The translations under genes and the position numbers were made by a program. Below the pieces are notes generated by a model. The model was given only the letters and a program-made list of their open reading frames with translations. It ran no database searches and had not been told where the DNA came from. Below, piece after piece: positions 1-7,127 of a DNA stretch of 32,000 nt (the stretch's first letter is position 1; every line of letters begins with the position of its first letter). Source of the stretch: an archaeon (GTDB lineage Archaea; Asgardarchaeota; Thorarchaeia; Thorarchaeales; Thorarchaeaceae); the NCBI GenBank assembly GCA_024275415.1, contig JAJRZD010000025.1, forward strand, positions 39,069 through 71,068. The letters run 5' to 3'.

Positions 1-85
1 TCGTAAGTATTTAAAAAATGTGGTCAGCGCCAATTGGGAAATGGACTTGACAACGCACAAAAAAAGGTGTCTTGATCCGATGGTA

Positions 86-790
86 TCAGACCAAGATCAT
101 ACTCAGAATCCATGGAGACATAAGCCATAACCCAAGTACTATGAGTAACAGTCCAACGGCAATCTCAATCACATGAGCTGCATTAGCAATACGTGTGGCC
201 ATACGGTTCCTTGCTTCGCCTGTGACGAGGGCGATAGCAAGATAGGGGATTGCCACACCTATTGACAGCCAGATGAAAAGTGAAACAGCCAGTAAGGGGT
301 TAGCTAATGCACTGACACCAAATACCAGTGGTAATCCAAGAATAACGACAGGAGCCGTGCAAGGTGCTGCAATCAATGCGTAGCTGAACCCAACAACGAA
401 AACGCCAACCAAACCCTTTGGAGTGTCAGGGTTCTTCATGGAAAGGCGAGTCAACCCAATCTTTTCACGTAACTTCTGGGAGAGTGTCAGTATTCCCACA
501 AAAACAATGATCGCACCAAGGGCAGCCTGAATCTGTGTATAATATTGAAGTAGAAAGTAGGTTGATATGACATAGGATATCAGTGCAAATAGCCCAAGTG
601 ATGCAAGGATACCTGAAATAAGTGCACCAGTAACGACCACACTTTTTTTCCTACTATCCTCGGATTGGAGACTTCGTATCAGGAATAGTGGCAATAATGG
701 GAAAAGACAGGGAGAGGTAGCAGCATATAGTCCCGCCATGAAAGCGACCATATGCTCAATGACTACCTCTGCGACTATTTGTGCCAACAT
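86..790 (-). CDS. ccdA: Cytochrome c biogenesis protein CcdA / DsbD transmembrane-domain protein
   Basis: About 6 hydrophobic helices with the two redox Cys motifs of the CcdA/DsbD-beta family (TSPCLFPLLP and AAPCTAP). Lies 9 bp downstream of a co-oriented TlpA-like thioredoxin. Confidence 0.88.
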   Translation of the reverse strand: MLAQIVAEVVIEHMVAFMAGLYAATSPCLFPLLPLFLIRSLQSEDSRKKSVVVTGALISGILASLGLFALISYVISTYFLLQYYTQIQAALGAIIVFVGILTLSQKLREKIGLTRLSMKNPDTPKGLVGVFVVGFSYALIAAPCTAPVVILGLPLVFGVSALANPLLAVSLFIWLSIGVAIPYLAIALVTGEARNRMATRIANAAHVIEIAVGLLLIVLGLWLMSPWILSMILV

Positions 791-799
791 CGTTGCCGA

Positions 800-1399
800 T
801 CATACTCCCAGTTCGACAAGCGTTGCATTGAATTCTACGAATCTCCATGTTCCTTCGCGAATCCACCGGAGCGTGCCGGTCTGGTCAATAAGGACAAGGG
901 TCGGAAGATACCGCAGTTTGAGGAAATCGTCTGCAGGGCTATCTATGGCATAACCCATGTCCCAAAGAAGGCCGTACTCGTCCTTGTAATCCCGCAACAT
1001 TTGCTCTGTGTCACCCAATGCTGTCGACAGCTGCACAAAGCACAATCTATCAGAACCGAACTCATTGAATATCTTGACATTATCTGCATTCTGGTATTCA
1101 CATGCCGGGCACCATGTTGCGAAGAACTCCAGGATGAGGAATTTGCCATAGGCATCAGAAATCGAAAAGTTGTCCACATCGACCATGAGGAATTCCCAAT
1201 CAGGGACACTGATATTGTACGATGCCAAGTCCTGATCTCTGGGGATGAAATCAGGCACACCATCAGTGGTAGTGGTGGTAGATTCTGTAGTAGTTGTCGT
1301 GGTTGTGGGCTGTGAGTTCAGAACCACACTCGTACCAACAACACCACCAACAACAATTCCTAAAACTAGCACGACGACCAGTATCTGTCTTGTTTCCAT
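800..1399 (-). CDS. Membrane-anchored TlpA/ResA-like thioredoxin (disulfide reductase)
   Basis: N-terminal TM helix, Thr-rich linker (PTTTTTTTESTTTTT), FFATWCPAC CxxC motif and cis-Pro motif YLPTLVLID. Forms the typical operon with ccdA. Confidence 0.88.
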   Translation of the reverse strand: METRQILVVVLVLGIVVGGVVGTSVVLNSQPTTTTTTTESTTTTTDGVPDFIPRDQDLASYNISVPDWEFLMVDVDNFSISDAYGKFLILEFFATWCPACEYQNADNVKIFNEFGSDRLCFVQLSTALGDTEQMLRDYKDEYGLLWDMGYAIDSPADDFLKLRYLPTLVLIDQTGTLRWIREGTWRFVEFNATLVELGV

Positions 1400-1642
1400 A
1401 GTACCAACCTTCTAGGTGAAACAATTGAACTCAGGAACATAATCCTGTTTTAAAAATCAACCTATCTCTGTGATGGATGCTCGAAAGGGTTTCCGGACGG
1501 TGACAGGAAACACATCCTAGTAGAAAGCAACGACCAAACGGAAGGATTTATCACTGGAGATTCTGGCGTACCCGCAATTTCCTATTTGCTGTTCCAAATG
1601 GAATGATAGGAACGGGGTAACAGAAACGCAAAGGTTGATCAT

Positions 1643-3346
1643 ATGCCAAATCCAATGAATCCACTGATAGTGCAATCGGACAAATCAGTCCTGCTGGAAG
1701 TGGACAATCCCAGATACGAGGAAGCAAGAGATTCACTGGCTAGGTTCGCAGAGCTAGTCAAAAGTCCAGAATATGTCCATACCTATCGTGTTACACCTTT
1801 AAGCTTGTGGAATGCTGCTGCGATGGGGATGACTGCCCGTGAGGTTGTCGATGCCCTTGAGGAGTATGCAAAATATCCAATACCAGGAAACATATCTAGA
1901 GAGATTGTCGAGTACATGAGCAGGTATGGCCAGATCACACTGCATGCAATAGGAGATGACCTTCTCCTTGAATGTGCAGACGAAGATTTGGCAGCTGAAA
2001 TCTGGCAAAGCAGGAAGCCCAGAGAGTACCTTATTGAACCAGTCGATGAGAGAACGTTCCTAGTCGATCCCATCAACCGCGGGAACCTGAAACATGCACT
2101 ACTGGAGATTGGACACCCAGTCGAGGATCTTGCAGGGTATGCCGAGGGTGAACCTTTGCATTTCGAGCTGCGAGATGTGACACTTGAAGGGAAACCATTC
2201 GCTCTAAGAAAGTACCAGAAGGAGGCGGTGTCTACGTTCCATGCAGGCGGGGGAATCAGAGGTGGGTCTGGCGTCATTGTCCTACCATGTGGAGCTGGGA
2301 AGACCATGGTCGGTATAGGTGCTATGCATGAACTCCAAACATCAACAATCATCCTGTGTCCCAATGTGGTTGCTGTTAGACAGTGGGTAAAGGAACTCCT
2401 CGACAAGACCACCCTTACTGCAAATCAGATTGGTGAGTACACTGGAGAGGACAAGTCGATTCGCCCTGTCACTGTGGCGACCTACCAGATACTCACTTGG
2501 CGCAAGTCTCGGGATGATGAATTCGAGCATTTCCATCTCTTTGATGCCCGGAACTGGGGACTGATAATCTATGATGAGGTGCATCTCCTACCAGCCCCAG
2601 TCTTCCGTGTCACCGCTGCAATCCAGGCAACACGACGGTTGGGATTGACAGCCACTCTAGTTCGTGAAGACGAACGAGAAGAGGATGTCTTCAGCCTGAT
2701 TGGACCGAAACGCTATGATATGCCATGGAAGCAGCTTGAGGATCAAGGATGGATTGCCACAGCGATATGTTACGAAATCCGGATTGACCTTCCCGATAAG
2801 ATGCGTCGGAAATATGCCTTGGCTGAAGATAGGAAAAAATACAGGATTGCAGCCGAGAATCCCATAAAGATACAGCTCATCAAGGAACTCATCGACTATC
2901 ACAAGGATGACAACGTCCTCATCATAGGAATGTACCTTGACCAGCTCAAAATGATAGCTGATGAAATCAAGGCGCCTCTAATCACGGGCAAGACTACCAA
3001 TGAGGACAGGCAAAAACTGTATGAGGCATTCAGAGAGGGCCGTGAGAAGATACTTGTCGTATCTAAGGTTGCAAACTTTGCTTTGGACCTTCCTGACGCC
3101 AATGTAGCAATACAAGTATCGGGAACATTCGGGTCGAGGCAGGAAGAAGCACAACGACTGGGAAGGATCCTGCGCCCAAAGTCAGATGGTAGCTTTGCAA
3201 GGTTCTACTCGATTATCACAAAGGACACGAGGGATATGGACTTTGCTGCAAAACGCCAGCTGTTCCTTACCGAGCAAGGATACCAGTACGTCATCGCCTC
3301 AGCGGATGAAGAGATTTGGAGAAAGGACCCTCAGAGCTTCTTCTAG
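1643..3346 (+). CDS. xpb: XPB/Ssl2/Rad25 DNA repair helicase, long form with N-terminal Helicase_C_3 domain
   Basis: SF2 motifs GVIVLPCGAGKT (I), IIYDEVH (II), LGLTATLVRED (III plus RED motif) and SRQEEAQRLGRILR (VI). N-terminal PLIVQSDKSVLLE...YRVTPLSLWNA domain is characteristic of bacterial and eukaryotic XPB. Confidence 0.95.
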   Translation: MPNPMNPLIVQSDKSVLLEVDNPRYEEARDSLARFAELVKSPEYVHTYRVTPLSLWNAAAMGMTAREVVDALEEYAKYPIPGNISREIVEYMSRYGQITLHAIGDDLLLECADEDLAAEIWQSRKPREYLIEPVDERTFLVDPINRGNLKHALLEIGHPVEDLAGYAEGEPLHFELRDVTLEGKPFALRKYQKEAVSTFHAGGGIRGGSGVIVLPCGAGKTMVGIGAMHELQTSTIILCPNVVAVRQWVKELLDKTTLTANQIGEYTGEDKSIRPVTVATYQILTWRKSRDDEFEHFHLFDARNWGLIIYDEVHLLPAPVFRVTAAIQATRRLGLTATLVREDEREEDVFSLIGPKRYDMPWKQLEDQGWIATAICYEIRIDLPDKMRRKYALAEDRKKYRIAAENPIKIQLIKELIDYHKDDNVLIIGMYLDQLKMIADEIKAPLITGKTTNEDRQKLYEAFREGREKILVVSKVANFALDLPDANVAIQVSGTFGSRQEEAQRLGRILRPKSDGSFARFYSIITKDTRDMDFAAKRQLFLTEQGYQYVIASADEEIWRKDPQSFF

Positions 3347-4164
3347 ATGGTATTGTCGTTCTTTGGCGGACTTGCCTCGTAGGATGATATCTTGCGGGCT
3401 ATGGCCTTGAGTTCATCAAGTCCAAGCCTACGAATGCCCTGCTTGCCGACCTCAAAAGTGACCCACATCGGATTGTGCGGGGCCCCTTTCACTTTTGTGA
3501 CTCGGAACTGTTTGATCAATACACCAGCCCCCTCAAAGACTGGTTCGTGCCGGGTGTCGATGATGATATCGCTACTGTAGGTAATCATGTCGTCGTATGC
3601 AGCGAACTGCTGGAGTCCGGTGTGGTATGTTGCCCAGCACGGTATGTATAGGTTCTTGCAAAATGTCGCACGCCATGCCTTGATAGCATTGACTGCTTTG
3701 AATGGATGAGACTGGAGAAAAAGCTCCGTTATGCTATCGACAAAGATACCTCCAAACTCCATGTTATTTTCCAGTATCAACCCATGAATCGCATCACTGA
3801 TATGATCTGGTTCTGTCGGTTCTCTGACGAGAGTTACATGGTCATACTTGGCAGTTTTTCGAAGGATTTGGCTTGAGAAGCAGTCTACCAGATGGATAAG
3901 TCCTGACTCAAGAATCTCTTTGTAGTCCAGTCCCAGATAGCATAGGTTCTGTAATACAGAAACAGGTGTGTCTTCAAAGCATACATAAATGGCTTTCTTA
4001 CCGGATCTCATAATATGCCGAACCATCTCATTCAACAAGACAGACTTGCCGCCTCCGCCAGGACCACGGATCACCCCGAATGCGTTCGTTGGGAGTCCTT
4101 CAGGCACCTCGGTATCTAGGATGTCAATCCCCGTCCGGTATAATTCCCGTCCTTTTGCGAGCAT
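3343..4164 (-). CDS. KaiC/RAD55/GvpD-family RecA-fold ATPase, single domain
   Basis: RTGIDILD start of the RecA fold, Walker A GPGGGGKS, YVCFED, Walker B IFVDS and C-terminal VTKVKG. The ORF track starts at 4299, but the first 45 codons look non-homologous. ATG 4164 (about 27 nt downstream of TTATTTAA) or TTG 4179 is more likely. Confidence 0.82.
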   Translation of the reverse strand: MLAKGRELYRTGIDILDTEVPEGLPTNAFGVIRGPGGGGKSVLLNEMVRHIMRSGKKAIYVCFEDTPVSVLQNLCYLGLDYKEILESGLIHLVDCFSSQILRKTAKYDHVTLVREPTEPDHISDAIHGLILENNMEFGGIFVDSITELFLQSHPFKAVNAIKAWRATFCKNLYIPCWATYHTGLQQFAAYDDMITYSSDIIIDTRHEPVFEGAGVLIKQFRVTKVKGAPHNPMWVTFEVGKQGIRRLGLDELKAIARKISSYEASPPKNDNTI

Positions 4165-4333
4165 ATCTTCAAGACTCAATTCAAACCCCCTTAAATAACG
4201 AACATCGTAGTAGAATAATGTATTGCCTGTATCGAGTGGCACATAGTGAAAACAGACACAACCACTCGATTTATATGGGAATAGTATTTCATATGTCATA
4301 ATAGGATATATCGAAACCGGGTGTGTTCAAGTT

Positions 4334-4576
4334 ATGAAGATCATGAATGGTAGTGAGTCTGCGGCTGGAACCAATCCTATGCTTCTCAAGATACGGCATG
4401 CAGCATTGAACAAGGCGTTTACCCAAATCCGAGAGAAACGTTTCAATCTAGATGAGTCAAGAACCAACGGATGGATATCCGAAGAAGAATATCAGAAGGA
4501 ACTTGTGAACCTCATTCTTGAAGGGAATAAAATCCGAATGGAGCAGAAACAAATAGAAGAATACCTGAAGCTATAG
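4334..4576 (+). CDS. Small helical hypothetical protein, possible SHOCT-like motif
   Basis: 80 aa, charged and helical. LDESRTNGWISEEEYQKELVNLI resembles the SHOCT pattern (G-x-I-[ST]-x-E-E-[YF]). Fills the gap between neighbouring genes. Confidence 0.55.
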   Translation: MKIMNGSESAAGTNPMLLKIRHAALNKAFTQIREKRFNLDESRTNGWISEEEYQKELVNLILEGNKIRMEQKQIEEYLKL

Positions 4577-5527
4577 CCAAAAGCTCAGAAAATCTTCAAA
4601 AAGTTTCAATTTGGAGTTCACATAGTCAAGGATTAACCTCTTCTGTAATCGACCAAGTAGGACTGGAGCAAGCTGTTTCGTTTCAATATCACATAGTATC
4701 TGAATGCTCCATTTTATGACGCTGCAAAGTCCAAGGACAATCATCCATCTCCAATGCTCTGTTGAGCATCCTTCTGCCTTCTTGGACATCAGTCCCTGAA
4801 GGGTAGAGGAAGGATGTTGGACAAACAGATACGCCCAATCGTAGTAACGGCTGATGCCGCAACAGTCTTCGAGGTCTATGAGGATTGCACGATGCTTTTG
4901 GAAAAGGACATTCTTTTCGGAAAGGTCGCCATGTGATGTCACTGGATTCCAGTGTTCGGTACCAGACACCATGACAGACCTTTGTACAAGCCGACAGAAC
5001 TCCATGACCGTGCCCATGAGGGTGTCTGAAAACGCACAATCATGATTTTGGATAATGTCATCAAGAGATGATGCAATCTCCATGAGGAAACCATGAGCGT
5101 CACGGTATATTGGGATTGAGTGGAGGGTGATAGCAGATAGTCTGCTAAGAGAGTTACGTAGTATGTGAGAGTCTTCAAGAGTGATCTCAAATGGCGATTC
5201 ATATACGAGCCCGTTGATATATTCTAAAACCAGCATAGATAGACCGTATTCTTTTGAAAGGACGCCATAGAAAAGCGGACGAGGACACAGGTCGTGCTTT
5301 GAGATGGCATTGTGAAGATAGTAGAGCCGTTCAAGGTCGCGGTTTCCCATGGAGCGCGGAATCTTTAGGACGAAGGATGGAATACCATCCACGTAGCCCA
5401 AAAGATTGACTGTGGACCAACCGTCCAATATGACAGGATCCAAGTGAATCTCACCTGCCATCTCTAGGACGGATGATAGTTTCTCTTCAAGCATTTCTTT
5501 CGTATGTCCGTAATAATCCCATCCCAT
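4571..5527 (-). CDS. Aminoglycoside phosphotransferase / choline kinase-like (APH-family) small-molecule kinase
   Basis: FVLKIP (ATP-binding Lys), Brenner motif SHGDLSEKNVL and metal-binding ILIDLE. Confidence 0.8.
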   Translation of the reverse strand: MGWDYYGHTKEMLEEKLSSVLEMAGEIHLDPVILDGWSTVNLLGYVDGIPSFVLKIPRSMGNRDLERLYYLHNAISKHDLCPRPLFYGVLSKEYGLSMLVLEYINGLVYESPFEITLEDSHILRNSLSRLSAITLHSIPIYRDAHGFLMEIASSLDDIIQNHDCAFSDTLMGTVMEFCRLVQRSVMVSGTEHWNPVTSHGDLSEKNVLFQKHRAILIDLEDCCGISRYYDWAYLFVQHPSSTLQGLMSKKAEGCSTEHWRWMIVLGLCSVIKWSIQILCDIETKQLAPVLLGRLQKRLILDYVNSKLKLFEDFLSFWL

Positions 5528-5579
5528 ATATCGAAGAATGCGGGATATCTACTTAAAGAATCTTGAACGATTATACGAT

Positions 5580-5867
5580 ATGAAGGGAAAGGACATTCTA
5601 CTGATGCTATCACATCTGTTTAGGAAATGTGGAAGGTCTGTTTCATTGGGCGATGCGATCCATCACCTTTCATTTGAATGGAGGTATGGCGAACCCACAA
5701 AGATTAGAAAGATCCTTGCAGTAGCTGTTGAGAATGAGATGATTTCATTTGCTGATGGTAGAATAACTGCAGAATTCATATTCAATATCCAGAAACTGCA
5801 TCCGAATCAGGCCGACATCTTGAGTAAGCAGCAAATCAAGAAAGAAGATGTGATACCCCTCTATTAG
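5580..5867 (+). CDS. Small archaeal winged-helix-like protein, DUF2240-like
   Basis: Pattern LSHLFRKCG...LSFEWRYGEPTKIRKILAVAVENEMI...ITAEF resembles archaeal DUF2240. ORF track start is 5538; ATG 5580 leaves room for a TATA at about 5552-5558. Confidence 0.55.
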   Translation: MKGKDILLMLSHLFRKCGRSVSLGDAIHHLSFEWRYGEPTKIRKILAVAVENEMISFADGRITAEFIFNIQKLHPNQADILSKQQIKKEDVIPLY

Positions 5868-6985
5868 GTAGTGTCGACCATATTAGCAATTGACGCAAGC
5901 AACGCTGTGAGATGGATGTGAGGGTTCTTTCCCTGAATCATCCTATAGTCTATTTCTGCGATCCTGTCAATGATGTGTCGCACTGTATGGGGTTCTAGAG
6001 GACGTTTAGCAATCTCACGTTGAACCTGAGCAATGACCTCTTGAGGAGTGTATTGTTCCATAGTAAGTAGGTTTCTAAGCGCTTTACGTGCCTTGAGATA
6101 CTTGTTATCCAATGCTTGTGATATCATGCTCCGCACTCCTGATGTCAAAGGAGTGTCAGCAAACGCATAGACTATGTCCTCGGTAATGGTCTTTCCCGAG
6201 GCGGCACACATTTGGAGCAAGTTCAATGCCCGACGCATACTGCCGTTGGACTCGCGGATGATGGCATTCAACCCGTGCATATCAATATCTACCGATTCCT
6301 TCTCTGAAACCATAGACAAGAGCTGTGTGATATCTTCAGGGGTAGCTGCCTTGAAATGGACAGTAATACAGCGAGATATGATTGCTGGGTTCCAACCAGC
6401 GAGGGAGGGGGTCACTAGAACGAACCTGCATGTATCTGAGTATATCTCCATCGTCCTCCTGAGTGCCTGTAACATGTTGTTGTCAAATGCATCCGCCTCG
6501 TCAAGAACCAGTATCTTGACCATATCACTACCGACAGCGGCAGTAGAAGCAAACATCTTCACCGCCTGATGAAGCAGCTGGCTTCTGTTAGGAATCCCAG
6601 TCATTCCTTTCGCCTTTAGCTCCGCTTTTGCCTCGCGATAGACTACAGACATGTACTCGTCCAGCTCAGAGCGAGCTGCCCTGTCCAGCTTTGCCAATGC
6701 TTGGATTTTTCGTTTCGCAGCAGAGATTGTGAATGAGCGCAGGTCGCGAATATTGAGCCATTTGAAGTTGGATGTGAATTCCGACTCTAACACATGTCTT
6801 GCATAGGCATATGCAGCCAGAGTCTTTCCCGTACCAGAAGGGCCGTACAGAAGCAGATGAGGAACCGTCTTGGATTCGGCAAGGGATCTAAGTTGATTGA
6901 TCGCTGTTTCCTGCCCAATGAACTCGTCCCAGGTAGTTGGCTGGTATTTTATGCTCCAGAGAACTGGTTCCAATGAATACACCAA
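5864..6985 (-). CDS. rfcS: Replication factor C small subunit paralog with internal insertion
   Basis: WSIKYQP (RFC box II-like), PHLLLYGPSGTGKT, ILVLDEAD, QALRRTME, SRC arginine finger, GSMRRALNLLQ and C-terminal IAEIDYRMIQGKNPHIHL collar. TTG/GTG start. Confidence 0.9.
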   Translation of the reverse strand: MVYSLEPVLWSIKYQPTTWDEFIGQETAINQLRSLAESKTVPHLLLYGPSGTGKTLAAYAYARHVLESEFTSNFKWLNIRDLRSFTISAAKRKIQALAKLDRAARSELDEYMSVVYREAKAELKAKGMTGIPNRSQLLHQAVKMFASTAAVGSDMVKILVLDEADAFDNNMLQALRRTMEIYSDTCRFVLVTPSLAGWNPAIISRCITVHFKAATPEDITQLLSMVSEKESVDIDMHGLNAIIRESNGSMRRALNLLQMCAASGKTITEDIVYAFADTPLTSGVRSMISQALDNKYLKARKALRNLLTMEQYTPQEVIAQVQREIAKRPLEPHTVRHIIDRIAEIDYRMIQGKNPHIHLTALLASIANMVDTT

Positions 6986-7127
6986 GTGGAAGTGTCCGAC
7001 CTGCCAAAATAAGGTTACCTTTTAGTTTATCAGTAAATGAAGTCTAATAGATTGACCTTAACCGTAATGGTCAAATACGCTCGAACGCTGGGCGCTTGTT
7101 TGCAAATTCTCAATTCGAGGTTTCGAA

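Noticed and set aside
1262-1310. Low-complexity GTG/GTA run as a regulatory microsatellite
   Set aside because: It simply encodes the poly-Thr linker of the TlpA-like protein using mixed codons.
752-1315. 187-aa plus-strand ORF and other antisense ORFs (e.g. 1783..2412, 6174..6569, 19635..20114, 24371..24832, 25441..25971)
   Set aside because: They lie wholly opposite well-supported genes and have no recognisable motifs; treated as shadow ORFs.
4165-4299. N-terminal extension of the KaiC-like ATPase; similar extensions in the ORF track for mae, glcF-like, radA-like and the M28-like gene
   Set aside because: The extensions lack family similarity, and downstream starts have better RBS or TATA context.
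4571-5527. Antibiotic-resistance gene (aminoglycoside phosphotransferase)
   Set aside because: Only the general APH/choline-kinase fold motifs are visible. There is no mobile context or specific similarity to support a resistance function.
7052-7074. Operator-like inverted repeat TTGACC-N11-GGTCAA between divergent rfcS and p52-like genes
   Set aside because: The arms are only 6 bp, and I could not find the motif upstream of xpb, cdc6-like or radA-like genes, so chance is likely.
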